Shown here: piece by piece, positions 22,338-33,308 of the stretch
Layout of the letters: every line of letters begins with the position of its first letter
How positions within the stretch are numbered: the stretch's first letter is position 1
Source: Chloropicon primus
Lineage: Eukaryota
Length of the DNA: 64,000 nucleotides
Direction: 5' to 3'
NCBI GenBank assembly: GCA_023205875.1
Contig: CP060767.1
Location: 248,001-312,000, forward strand
Notes under the pieces: model-generated
Told to the model about the DNA's origin: nothing
The model's input: the letters and a program-made list of their open reading frames with translations, nothing else
Databases searched by the model: none
Position numbers and translations under genes: made by a program

Positions 22338-22620
22338 CTCGAGAGGATTCCGTGGACCCCTCGGACGAAAACTTTGACGCAGGGGTTCCTCCGAAAACGT
22401 GGAGGAGAGAAGAAGACCCATCGATTGATCTTGGTCGATCGGGGGACGGGAAAGAGAGGAAGAGGACGGGAGGGGGTGATCGTAACGTCCGTATAGAGGA
22501 GTAACGGACGAATCTGCGTCTCGAGAGGATTCCGTGGACCCCTCGGACGAAAACTTTGACGCAGGGGTTCCTCCGAAAACGTGGCGGAGAGAAGAAGGCC
22601 CATCGATTGAGATCTTGGTC
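22338..22620. repeat. Direct repeat of ~100 bp (22338-22436 and 22520-22620) upstream of the PZP gene
   Basis: Near-identical copies with offset 182; two substitutions and a 2-nt indel seen. Confidence 0.92.
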
Positions 22621-22827
22621 TCTTGAGAGAGGTTGGACCTTGTGAAGGGAGACAAGATCGGAAGCAGAGCCAGATCAGATCAGATCGGTTCTCCTTCGTC
22701 TTCATCTCCTGCCGTCGTTCCTTTCTTACCTGTGCTCCTAAAACCTCGTTCGTTCGAAGGCATCGCAGCTTGAGGTAGGATTGATCGCGCCTCCTCTATC
22801 GAGTTCCTCCTCAACCACATCATCTTC

Positions 22828-25800
22828 ATGCGAGGAGGAGGAGGAGGAGGAGGAGGAGGAGGAAGTGGAAGGGCTGGCAAGGACAAGGACAAGGCAGAGC
22901 GTCCTCCATCAGCGTTGAAAGGTGAAGACAACGGGGCGATGATGCCATCGACATCGTTCGAGGCAAAGGTCAGGGAGAGCGACGGTTGGTTCCAACAAGT
23001 CTTCAAAGACCTCGAATCCGAGTCCGTCCAAGTACTCGGGAACAGCAAGGCACTGGCCAAGGCTTCCGATGATGGGAAGAATGCGACCGCCGCCACCGCC
23101 GCCACCACCACCAGCAGCAACGGTGCCAACGATGCGAAGGGTGACGGTGCCGGCGCGACTTTCGCGAGAGTTGTCCTCGAGAGGCAATACGCCGTGACGG
23201 CAAAGGGGGGGCGGAAAGCATTCGTCCCGGCGCCGATGACTTTTTTGGACGGCCTGGCCTCCCAGAAAGCAAAGGAGCTCAAGGGGGAGGAGAAGAAAAG
23301 GGGGGGCGGGCACAGCAGGAATTCGTCGTTGGACCTGAAGAAGCTGAAAGGCAAGTCGGTGGATGGCCTGGCCAATGCCGCGAGCGCTGCGGGGATATCC
23401 AAAGATATTCTGCAATACGCCGTCAACAGTTTGCCCCAACTCTCGGTGGCGGAGGAGGACGACAAGAGGACCGTGTTCTGGAGAATCATGGATGATCACT
23501 TCAGGAGGGTCGACAAGGCCGACTTGGGAGCGATAAAGAACTTCCTTCGGAACCCTGAGGACGACCCGGCGTTCAAGATTCCACCCGTGGGGAAGAAGTA
23601 CCGAGTTCAGTGGCAGGACGAAGAGAGGATCAAGATGCAGATGGAGAGGGCCAGCACTTCCAAAACCGGGCCCTCTCATTCCGCGGGGGGGGCTGGCTAC
23701 CAGACGCCAAGGGGAACAGCGAGCCCGGCGGTGAAGAGCAAGTCCAAGGTCAGCACGGGCTTGCCTGGCAGGACTACCCTTCCCGAGAAGAAGCTCATCC
23801 CGATCACTTCGACCTTGTGTCCCAAGCCAAAAGGGACGACCCCGGAGCAGATGAGCGAGCTTTGCGACGTCTGTTTTGACGGCGAGTCTCAGGAGGGGAA
23901 CATGATCGTGTTCTGCGACTCTTGCAACGTCGCCGTGCACCAGCAATGCTATGGGATTCCAGTCGTCCCTGAAGGGCAGTGGCTGTGCAACAAGTGTCTG
24001 GTGGTAAAGGAGAAGGGTTTGAGCGAGAAGCAAGCCCCGTCCTGCGTCCTTTGCCCTGTCAGGGACGGCGCTCTGAAGCCCGCGAACCCCAAGCACTGCA
24101 TCACTTGCACGGGGGAGCCCTCGAAGAACCAGGAGTTTGTCCACCTTTTCTGCAGCCAGTGGATGCCCGAAACGTTTATTGCGCCAGAGGATACGGGGAA
24201 GATGGAGCCAGTGCAGAATTTGAGGGGGATCAGCAAGGACAGGTTCAAGCTCGTTTGCTCCATATGCAAGCAGAGGAAGGGAGCGTGCATCCAGTGCAGC
24301 CACGGCATGTGCGCGACGGCCTTTCACCCGCTGTGCGCTAGAGCGACTGGGCTGCTTATGGAGGTCGTGGGGTACGAGAACTCCGATGACATCGACTTGA
24401 AGGTGTACTGCAGCAAGCACACCAAGAGGCCGGTCAAGAGGAGCCTCGGGATCCCCCAGACACCCAAAGCAAAGCAGGTGGAGGCCACGCCCACGCCAAA
24501 GAAGGTCGTGAAGAAGGAGGCGCAAGACATCGCGAAGCCACAGGACAAGGCCCTGTCGATCGATTTGCTTGCTGAGCTCCCTCCCGGAGTGTGCGCAGCT
24601 CTTTTGAGGCAGATGTGCACTCTCTTTGGCTTGGCATTGGCCGACGTCTCGAAAGACTCGGGCGTGGACGCCAACAGGATCTCTTCGTTCATGTACAAGA
24701 AGTCCGCCCTGACGGAGGAAGAGTCCCAAAAACTGTTGGCCTGGATTCGGAAACACGCGGCCACAATGCTTGGGGACTCCGCCAAGGTCATCGAGAAAAA
24801 GGCGTTACTGGCTTCCCCAAAGAAGGGAGGAGGAGGGAAGCCAGGAAACGCCGCGGTCGCGTCCAGGCATCAAATCAACATGCTGCGGGGCGAGCTGCCC
24901 AAATGCTTCCGGAACGAGCTGGGCGAGTACATGCACGTGTACACCAAGCTGCTCCTCAAGAGTGAGGTGGATGCCACCAGGCCACCCGCGACGCCTCCGC
25001 CGAGCACGGAGAAGGCCAGCGAGAGAAAGGCTCGCGCCAGCAGGGAGCTCTCGTACGCCCTCGCGTGCAGCCCGGAGAGCGAGACCATGGGCGAGCTTTT
25101 CGTCATGCAGCACGAGCTGGCAAAGCAGATGCTGGTGAATCGACGAAACTTGAAGTCCCTCGTGTCAAAGGTTCGGCTTGAATTGCCGGAGGAGGCCAAG
25201 CGCTTCACGGAGAGGGAAAAGGACATGGAGAAGGTGAACAAATTTCTGGAGGCCACCAAGGAGGCAAAGCGTCTTTTGAAGAGGGAGCGCCGGGCCGAGC
25301 AGCAGAAGCTGAACCTCGCGGCAGCGGAGGCCGCAGTTGCCCAGTCGACCAGGCACAGCGCCGGGAGGAACGTCGAGGACTTTTACAAGCCGGTGGAAGA
25401 TGTGCCGGCCCCGGTGCCAAACGTTTACACCAAGGATTCCTCTGGCCAGGAGGTGATTTACGACAAGTACTCCATCCAGAAGACTGACCAGGACCTCCTG
25501 TGCAGTGTCTGTGGCCAGGGCCACAGCGAGGAGCCGAACCAGATCGTGTTCTGCGAGATGTGCGACCTTGCCGTTCACCAGAGGTGCTACGGGGTCGCCC
25601 AGATCCCCGAGGGCGAGTGGCTTTGCTGGCCGTGCAAGGAATACGAGTCGGCTTGCTTGAAGAAGGGCATGCCGAAGTCTCAGATCCGGAAGCCGAGGTT
25701 CCAGGGGAGCGACTTCACCGCCGTTGACGCGGTGAAGTGCGCGTGCTGCCCCGTCAAGAGGGGGGCCTTCAAGAAGACCCGCCAGGGGGAGTGGGTCCAC

Positions 25801-26553
25801 GTCGTCTGCGCCATGTGGAACAAGGTGAGCATAGAGGACAAGAACGCGGCCGACTGCATAGGGAGCGTCAAGGACTGCGTCCAGGGCAGCCAGAGCCTCA
25901 CCTGCAGCATCTGCAACCAGAAGGGCGGGGCCATCATCAAGTGCAATTACGGCCACTGCCAGACGTTCTTCCACCCCCTGTGCGCCCGGGCGGCGGGCTT
26001 CATCATGCCCCTGAGGAGCGGGGTCGGGACTGGTGCGATGGTGAGGGCTTATTGCGGAAGGCACGGCCACCTCGTGCAGCAGCAGCCTCTGCCCCAGCAG
26101 CACCAGGTCCCGATCTCGCCCATGCTCGTCGAGCACATCGAGTGGCTGGAGACCAACCTTTCGAGGCTGAGAAAGGCCAGGCAGGAGCTCGAGAGGCTCC
26201 GGCTGATCAGCGACGTCCTGATCAAGAGGGAGAAGACCAAGACTTCCCTGCTGAGGGCGGAGCAGGAGTACATCCTCAAGTGCCTGCAGAGACCAAAGAT
26301 CGCGAAGGATTTCGAGGAAAAGATGCAGAACCCGGAATACGCTCAGAAGGTCCTCAGCCACGCCGACTACAACAGCCAGAAGCGCAAGGCCTACTACCAG
26401 GCCTACGAGAAGACAAAGTACGGGAGGCAGCACCTCCAGGCCCACCCCATGGTGGAGAGGCAGCGCGTCATGACCGTGGACCAGGCCAAGGCCACCAACG
26501 TCAAGCTCCCCGCGGGGTACCTTTACGTTCCCCTGGACTTTCCCAAGAAGTAA
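22828..26553 (+). CDS. Chromatin reader with two PHD-zinc-knuckle-PHD (PZP) modules; BRPF/JADE/NuA3-Nto1-like scaffold, 1241 aa
   Basis: CDVCFDGESQEGNMIVFCDSCNVAVHQQCYG...WLC and CSVCGQG...IVFCEMCDLAVHQRCYG...WLC; each is followed by an ePHD (CVLCPV..GALK..HLFC..CSIC..GACIQC..FHPLCA..YCSKH). C-terminal coil LERLRLISDVLIKREKTK. Confidence 0.9.
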   Translation: MRGGGGGGGGGGSGRAGKDKDKAERPPSALKGEDNGAMMPSTSFEAKVRESDGWFQQVFKDLESESVQVLGNSKALAKASDDGKNATAATAATTTSSNGANDAKGDGAGATFARVVLERQYAVTAKGGRKAFVPAPMTFLDGLASQKAKELKGEEKKRGGGHSRNSSLDLKKLKGKSVDGLANAASAAGISKDILQYAVNSLPQLSVAEEDDKRTVFWRIMDDHFRRVDKADLGAIKNFLRNPEDDPAFKIPPVGKKYRVQWQDEERIKMQMERASTSKTGPSHSAGGAGYQTPRGTASPAVKSKSKVSTGLPGRTTLPEKKLIPITSTLCPKPKGTTPEQMSELCDVCFDGESQEGNMIVFCDSCNVAVHQQCYGIPVVPEGQWLCNKCLVVKEKGLSEKQAPSCVLCPVRDGALKPANPKHCITCTGEPSKNQEFVHLFCSQWMPETFIAPEDTGKMEPVQNLRGISKDRFKLVCSICKQRKGACIQCSHGMCATAFHPLCARATGLLMEVVGYENSDDIDLKVYCSKHTKRPVKRSLGIPQTPKAKQVEATPTPKKVVKKEAQDIAKPQDKALSIDLLAELPPGVCAALLRQMCTLFGLALADVSKDSGVDANRISSFMYKKSALTEEESQKLLAWIRKHAATMLGDSAKVIEKKALLASPKKGGGGKPGNAAVASRHQINMLRGELPKCFRNELGEYMHVYTKLLLKSEVDATRPPATPPPSTEKASERKARASRELSYALACSPESETMGELFVMQHELAKQMLVNRRNLKSLVSKVRLELPEEAKRFTEREKDMEKVNKFLEATKEAKRLLKRERRAEQQKLNLAAAEAAVAQSTRHSAGRNVEDFYKPVEDVPAPVPNVYTKDSSGQEVIYDKYSIQKTDQDLLCSVCGQGHSEEPNQIVFCEMCDLAVHQRCYGVAQIPEGEWLCWPCKEYESACLKKGMPKSQIRKPRFQGSDFTAVDAVKCACCPVKRGAFKKTRQGEWVHVVCAMWNKVSIEDKNAADCIGSVKDCVQGSQSLTCSICNQKGGAIIKCNYGHCQTFFHPLCARAAGFIMPLRSGVGTGAMVRAYCGRHGHLVQQQPLPQQHQVPISPMLVEHIEWLETNLSRLRKARQELERLRLISDVLIKREKTKTSLLRAEQEYILKCLQRPKIAKDFEEKMQNPEYAQKVLSHADYNSQKRKAYYQAYEKTKYGRQHLQAHPMVERQRVMTVDQAKATNVKLPAGYLYVPLDFPKK

Positions 26554-26956
26554 GCCGACCGAGGGGTCAAGGAAAGATTTTGGACTGCTGTGGATCTATA
26601 TAGGTTAGGAAATAAAGTGAGTGCTTGTTTTGTTGTCTGTTGGGAAAAAAAAGTTAAGGTTTTCCCCCACCACCCAGAGATTATTGTGCTGTGCTGTGCT
26701 GTGTGCGACAAGACTAGTAGAAGATCTAGGATGAATTAAAGTGTGTGGCTGAGCTGCTCCCTCGAGATTGTTGCAGCCGCCACCTTGAAAAAAACTCTTT
26801 TTTTTTTTTCTCTTTTTGCTTATTGATCTTTTTTTCCCTTTTTCTGGTTTGTCCGTTGTTGGGAAGAAAGGCCTGTCCTCTCCTTCCCCGTCATGCAAAA
26901 GCGCCGTGCGCGGCAAAAACATTCGTCCATTCCCCCGCGACCGAAAGAAGAGCGCC

Positions 26957-27772
26957 TCAAGCCGAGACAGGAATGAGGAGGGACTTGTCCAGCTTCGGCT
27001 TCTTGTCCGCCCGGTGACCCCCCCTGATCATCTCCCCCCTCTTTCTGCTGCTCGCGGTCGCCGCCGCGCAGCTCTGCTGGCTCGGGGAACCCAAGGTGTT
27101 CGTCCTCCTGAACCGAGTTCCGCAGGCGTTGCACAGCTGAGGCTTGTTCGGCGGCCCCCTCCTCCACTGGGGGGACTCCGTCACCCCGCAGTGATCGCAG
27201 GGCCCCCCCGGCTTGTACTGGGAGCCGGCCCTCTTCGCGGGGGGGGAGGAGTTCGAGCCCCCCGACTTTTGCTTGACGTCCTGGCCCTTGCTGGGCTGCT
27301 GGTGCACCTTGGCCTTGGTGGACATGAGGTTGGAGAGGTTCTTGACGTCGTCCTCGGTCGCCACCCTCGCGCTCTTGCCATCCGGGTTCCTCTTCACCAG
27401 GGTGTACCTCAGAGAGTCGCTCTTCTTCAGGTCGGCGTGGGCCTGCCTCAGGACCTCGTCCACGTTGTCCACCTTCCCGCAGCAGCCGAACACCTGCTTC
27501 TTGTTCTGCCTCGCTTGGATCTCCATGCCCAGGGTCGAGGCGTCCCCGTGCCACTCCTCGGGGAAGAGGAACAGGTGGTCCTGCTCCGCGTCCAGGAACG
27601 CCAGGAGGTCGTCCTTCTTCTCTACCTGCTCCAGCGGGGTCACGCCCCCCAAGGACCTCCTCGGGGACGATCCCTCCTGGTGCTCACCCTCAGACCTCAG
27701 CTTCCGCCGTCCACCTCCCGACTCGTCCGAGGACGAAGACGAGTTCGACACCGAAAGCACCCTTGCTCCCAT
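26957..27772 (-). CDS. GATA zinc-finger transcription factor (C-X2-C-X18-C-X2-C), ~271 aa; start uncertain
   Basis: [32 protein letters not shown]. Confidence 0.9.
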   Translation of the reverse strand: MGARVLSVSNSSSSSDESGGGRRKLRSEGEHQEGSSPRRSLGGVTPLEQVEKKDDLLAFLDAEQDHLFLFPEEWHGDASTLGMEIQARQNKKQVFGCCGKVDNVDEVLRQAHADLKKSDSLRYTLVKRNPDGKSARVATEDDVKNLSNLMSTKAKVHQQPSKGQDVKQKSGGSNSSPPAKRAGSQYKPGGPCDHCGVTESPQWRRGPPNKPQLCNACGTRFRRTNTLGSPSQQSCAAATASSRKRGEMIRGGHRADKKPKLDKSLLIPVSA

Positions 27773-28531
27773 CGAGGGCGACGACGCTGCTGCTGCTGCT
27801 GCTGCTGGTATCTTGCTCTTGCTCTTGTTGCTGAGGTTGCTGAGGTTGCTGACGAGCAAGCGCGCGAAGGTTTGCGTTTCTGTCTCAAGCGATGAAGACT
27901 GACGACCGCCAAAAAAGAAAGAAAAAAAAACTTTCTTGTGACAAGACCCCTTCCCTTCCCAGCAGTCTTTTCGTTTGCCGAGATCCTTCGCGTTGCCTTC
28001 GAGAATGGAAACACCCCTTAGCGCACGTTCACGACACACCACCTCGTGCGTTACAGTTACCGTAACGCCTACACCGTCGATCGAACCAAGCGCGCGTCGA
28101 ACAAGAGGTGACGATGATGATGGAGAGAAGAAGAATCCAGAATATGCAACAAGGTGTGAGTGGCCATTCGAGAAAAAAAAGGCGTCACGTCGTCGTTCGT
28201 TGGACGCATTCGTCGTGCGAGGTGTCGTTGGAAAGATGTCGACAAGGCGAAGAGATTGATACACATCTCTCATCCCTTTTATCGACTTTGTTCGTCGTAA
28301 TACTCACCTTTTCTCTTCTCTGTCCTGAGCTTCGTCTCGCGCGTTATGCTTCTTTCCCCACTGGCGCCGTCAGCTGTAGATTTCGTGAGGAAAAATGAAC
28401 GATGGACAAAAGGCGGCAGGAACGAGTGTACATTGCACTCCAGTGGACACAATATTTTGGCGGGAAATCGCGACATTTGTTCGACATTTGTTCCCCCCCC
28501 TCCTCCTTTTTTTTGGCGGGAAATGACCTTG

Positions 28532-28898
28532 GGACCTTGGGGTTGAGGTCTCTTCTTTCTCTGGCTGTTGTTTGCTTGCTCTTGAGGGATGGAGGCGTTA
28601 GGCCGATGAGCCGATGCATCGTCGTCACGCGTTGCGTTCTGCTGCTGGAGAGAGAGGACGACGGCGGTGAACCAATAACAGGAAAGAATGTCGAAGGGAG
28701 GACGGGGAAGGAAAGAGAGGACCTTGGGGTTGAGGTCTCTTCTTTCTCTGGCTGTTGTTTGCTTGCTCTTGATGGATGGAGGCGTTAGGCCGATGCGCCG
28801 ATGCATCGTCGTCACGCGTTGCGTTCTGCTGCTGGAGAGAGAGAGAGAGAGAGAGTGCAGGACGACCGGACCGTCGTCGCCCGACGACGGTGAACCAA
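28532..28898. repeat. Direct repeat of ~125-145 bp (28532-28675 and 28719-28898) ending in (GA)n tracts of different length
   Basis: Near-identical copies with offset 187, between the GATA gene start and the CFAP300 stop. Confidence 0.92.
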
Positions 28899-29002
28899 GA
28901 GTAATATTCTGGTTTGTGCAAAGAAGATGGTGATGATGATGATGATAACACGTACGTACTGGCAGTGCTCGCTTTCGAAATTGCCTTCCTTCCTTCCTTG
29001 GC

Positions 29003-29998
29003 CTACCAGTGGTTCTTGAACTTGTGGAGCCACGCCTTGCAGGTCCTCCTGAAGGGGTCGGTCGCGACGTACAAAAAGTCCTGCTGCGTGGAGGAGCCCC
29101 CGTCCTCCCCTTCGAACAGGCAGCGCCTCTCCTCCCCAACTCCCCCCTCCTCGACCCCTGCTGCCTGGAGGCACGCGGACGTGACCTGGTACACCCCCGA
29201 GGCTACCTCCGGCTTGGACGTCCTGGGGTTCCGCCACACCGTGAGGAGCTCCTTGTAGACCAGCTTGGCGACCTCCAGGTAGGGGTCGAGGGTGTCCTCG
29301 AACTGGCACAGGCTCCCCCCGATGGCGAGGTGCCTGAAGATACAGTACAGGAACTCCTCCTTGTCCTCCTCGGAGAAGACCGGGCCGTTGTCCAGCTCGT
29401 ACTCATTGTCCTCGTTCAGCAAGATCTCCCTCAGCCTGTCCTGCACGTGGAAACCCTCAAAGTAGTCGTCCATGCACTTGACGAGCTGCCCGTTCAACCT
29501 CACCACGTCCCCCACGCCCAGGAGGTGGTCGAAGAAAGCCATGGTCGTCGTGGTCGCCTTGACCGGTCGGGCGGTGAATGACACCACCTTGCAGCAAGAC
29601 GACGCCTTCAAGGACAGGAGCTCGCGCTGCACGTCCTCCGAGCTCAGAAAATCGTTCACGAACCCTTCCGCGTCCTGCTTGTGGTAGAACTTGTCGTACC
29701 TGGACAACAAGCAGACGAGGAGGCAAGGGGGCCGGAGCGGCGTCAGAAGAAGCAGGAAGGGAGGGACTCGCAAGCACCAACACCACCTCGCCGCCGTCAT
29801 CAGCAGCAAGGTTGGTTGGCGCACTCACCTGAACTTCCGATAGGTTGTCCCGCGCAGGAGGTCCCACTTGGTCAAGTTCGTCCTCACGTAGCCGTCCTTG
29901 AGGAGGCTGGGGTCGACCTTCGAGGACGACGAAGTCTGGCCGTCTTCGAGAAGTATGAACCTCCCCGGCCTATCCTCCGTCCCGTCCTTCCCATCCAT
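29003..29998 (-). CDS. CFAP300: Cilia- and flagella-associated protein 300 (C11orf70/DUF4498; dynein-arm assembly factor), ~288 aa, 2 exons
   Basis: Exon1 29998-29829, intron 29828-29700 (GTGAGT...CAG), exon2 29699-29003. Motifs LTKWDL, FRYDKFY, MAFFDHL, GQLVKCMDD, DRLREILL, FSEEDKEEFLYCIFRHLAIGGSLCQFEDTLDPYL, QDFLYVATDP. Confidence 0.88.
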
Positions 29999-31071
29999 TG
30001 CCTCACCACCAAGGACCTCCCTTGGGTCAGTCGCACCACTCGCACCTCTTTTACCCCTCCCCTCCGCTTCAACCCTTCTGTTCCTTGTGCTCCCTGGACG
30101 AGGCGGCAAAAGCGTCAAGGTGTCAGTCCCTGGAACACATCACGAGACGATGCTGCCGCCTCTGCCTCCCAATAGCCAAGCAGCAACCGTCTTCCCCTCC
30201 TCAAAACGCGCCAGTCACTCCCACCTTTGGGCCTCCTGGGTGTCGAAGTCTGCCGAGGTTTCGAAAGGCTTCAAACCTCACCACAGCACCACTCCTCCCA
30301 AGTGAGGGCTTTTTGGAAAGATCACAACGCGATGCTTCCCTCCCTTTACCCCTCGATCACCGCGACCAGCTATTGCCCTTTCCCCTTACCTTTGGGCACC
30401 TTCCCCTGTCGTGCCAGTCTCCTCCCTGAGGTGTTTCCAAGCTGCTGGGTTGCTTTTCAAGCTGAGGGGTTAGAGCTCAGAGGTGAACCTAGGAGTGCGA
30501 GCACAGAGTGGACAAGAACCAGGAGGAGGACTCCCGCTTGTACCTCAGACCTTCCTGAGACCTTTTACGGACTCAAATCCTATCCAAGATTCATATCTTG
30601 GACTCGTCTTGGCCTCCAGAACAACCTTGGCTTGGCCTCAGAAGCAGTGCCCTAGAGCAGAGCACAAACACTTGGACAAGACCCGCAACAAAGGAGTGTG
30701 GGAGCACAGAGTGGACCAGAACCAGGAGGAGGGCCCTCTCTTTGCTTCCTCGGCGCTTTTCCAAGACTCACATTGCATATCTGAGGTCCACCTTTGCCTT
30801 GGACTCGAGACCAACCTGCTCTTGAGAAGCTGGCTGCTGCTTGGTCCATAGCCATCAAAGTGAGGGAGTGCCTCAGTCTGCCTTGGAGCGTTGCTAATTG
30901 ATTGATTCGCTGTCCATCAGCGCCAGAAAGCTTTCATCGGCCGTGGAGCAGCAAGGGCTTAGCTTGGCTTCTTCAGGGGCTCGGGACTCAAAAGAGAGGT
31001 GTGTGTGTGTGTGTGTGGTTGTGGTTGTGGTTGTTGTGTTTGTCTGTATTGAAGGAAGTGGAGAGTGAAGG

Positions 31072-31335
31072 ATGAAGCAAGGCAATCAGATGACTTTCAA
31101 TTACGCTGAGGCCAATACCTTCTTGAACAAGAGGTGGTCCTCCGTGATCAATGAAATGAATGATGCGAGAATACCCAAAGAGATGAAACCGACGGAGCAC
31201 ATGCGAACGGCGACGGTTGGGGGCTGGGGCAAGTCAAAGCTTCACTTGCAGCCCTCGGTCAACTTCTTGAGAGAGCTTTCGGAGGCCCTGCAAGCGAGTA
31301 GCAGACCATCGCAGGGAAAGAAGGCACAAAAGTGA
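31072..31335 (+). CDS. Small hypothetical protein, 87 aa
   Basis: ATG-TGA ORF with protein-like composition (FNYAEANTFLNKRW...GGWG...NFLRELSEAL). It is preceded by a probable 5'UTR intron ((GT)n, ending GAAG near 31054) and is convergent with ATP12. Confidence 0.5.
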   Translation: MKQGNQMTFNYAEANTFLNKRWSSVINEMNDARIPKEMKPTEHMRTATVGGWGKSKLHLQPSVNFLRELSEALQASSRPSQGKKAQK

Positions 31336-31508
31336 GCGCGGGTTTAGTGCGGCCGGATCCGAGACGACTCCTGCGCAGCAGCTGAAGACCATTCCGTGCG
31401 TCGTCGTCTCGAGGAAGAGGATGATGATGGGAAGCAAAGGAATATCATTTTGATTCCAACTGTAATACATCCTGAGACATGAACCATAAGCGGGCGCTTG
31501 GCGTGCTT

Positions 31509-32852
31509 CTACACTCCTTTGTACAACTTCATGAACACCGCGGGCGCCGCGACCCTCACATTCTGATCCGCTCGATCGATATCGTGTCCGCCCTCCACCA
31601 TCCCCCACTCTTCGATCTGCATCTCCTCCTCGAGGCGGCTCAGGTGCACGGCTAAACAAATACGCGAGAAAGGGAGAGAGAACCATTGATCAGTCCAACG
31701 CTCGATTGCGATCACCGACGCCTTGGTGGCTTCCTGATACGACCGTACCTTCTTTGATGCTCACTTTGTCCTCCAATACAGCCCTCGCGAGAAGGAGAGA
31801 CTTCACTGCAGTGGAAAGGACGTGAAGGCACGTGAACTCCCAATCGTCTAAGCTCTTCAGGTGGTCGGCGAGCTGCTCTATGCTTTCCGGAGACTGGTCT
31901 ACCGGAATGAAAGACTCGTTCTTCACTACTTTTATTCCCAAGTCATTGTTGAACCAATCCAATACTGGTTTCCAAGCCTCTTCGTGCGCCTTGGCCAAGG
32001 GAGTACCAGGCTCATCTACCCAACACAAACCTGGATCCGAGTGCACGTACCTAAGCAGCGTCGCCACTAAGCGTTACCGTTACCGCAGAGCAAGAACCAC
32101 GCACGCACGCACGACGCCGGAGTCAGTCACCACAGAGTGCAGAGGCAAAGAGAGTAAGACCACAATGTCTGTGTCTTCATGTGTGTGACAATGCCTTACC
32201 ATTGTTGTCCCTATCCTGTGGAGTTCTGTCTGTTGCAGTTGTTGCCAACTGCATCAGAGGCATGGTGAAAGCCCTTATCGAACTCGACGACTGGTACTCC
32301 CACTCCACAGCTATTGCGTGAGCAAGCGCCGCATTCGGAAGCAAAAGAACCTTGGCCAACAAAACAGAGTGACATCCAATCGAATTCTCACACGAGTCAG
32401 GATCTCGAGCACCAAGCCTTCGGCTCATCCCATTCCATTCCATCCCATTCCGTTCCACAACCCCTTACCTTGAGTGATGGCGTCCTCAACTTCCTTCCAT
32501 CCAGCTTGACGCACCACTTTCCTTTCGCCTCCTCCGCTTCGGCCGCGGTTGCCCTCTTGTAGAAGCGAGGAGATGTGGAGCCTTGATCACTCCGACCGAC
32601 GGATGACGTCGCCAACGAAGAGATAGTCCCATCCCCACCCCCTCGGTCTCCTGTGGTCGCCATCCTTCTCCAGGGCATCGTCACCGTTTGTTCCTCTCCA
32701 CTTGTCTTCAACTGAAGAGGGAGGAGGCCATGGTTGCCCATGCTGCTCCTGCTGCTTCCGATGCCCGCGAGGGAGGAGCATCGATACCTCCACAGGAGGG
32801 AGGCAACCTCTGAGCACCTGCCTTTCATCACAGCCATCATCATCATCATCAT
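31509..32852 (-). CDS. ATP12: Mitochondrial F1-ATPase assembly factor 2 (ATP12/ATPAF2), ~331 aa, 4 exons
   Basis: Exons 32852-32469, 32350-32200, 32066-31749, 31651-31509; all introns GT-AG with consistent phases (996 nt total). Motifs RFYK, VKLDGRKLRTP, LAHAIAVEW, TMPLMQLA, WKPVLDW, SRLEEEMQIEEWGMVEGGHDID. Confidence 0.95.
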
Positions 32853-33308
32853 CTGCTGCTGCTGCTCTCTCGATGGAGCTGCTGATCAGAGAAGCAGAGG
32901 GTGGGTGATCAAGAGGAGGAGGGAAGGGGAGGAGGGAAGGGGAAGTGAATCCTTGGCCTTGGCCTTAGCCTCGTGTAGTGGTGTTCTCCCTGTCCTCCCT
33001 TTGTGTCTTCCCTTTGTGATGGGATCAATCAGCATTGAGCTGAGAAAGAGGAGGGAGGGAGGGGAGTCAGCCCAGCGAGCGAGTGAGTGAGTGAGTCTGC
33101 ATTCATTAGGTGATGTGATGTGATAGATTACAACTTCGAAGCTGGATTGGTTTTGGTCGTGATCGATTATTCCTTTTTCCTGCTCTGCCAGACGAAGGTT
33201 ACAATGATCCACTGAGCGATGGCATCAGATGATACTTGGCACGACGACGGGGCCTTCACCGTCACCAAGCAAGCCAAAGAGGTTGATCCCTCGGGTTGAC
33301 CAGAGCAC

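Noticed and set aside
22338..22620. Possible CRISPR array or hammerhead ribozyme (repeat with hairpin and GACGAAA)
   Set aside because: Only two ~100-bp copies, eukaryotic context with no cas genes, and no CUGANGA core.
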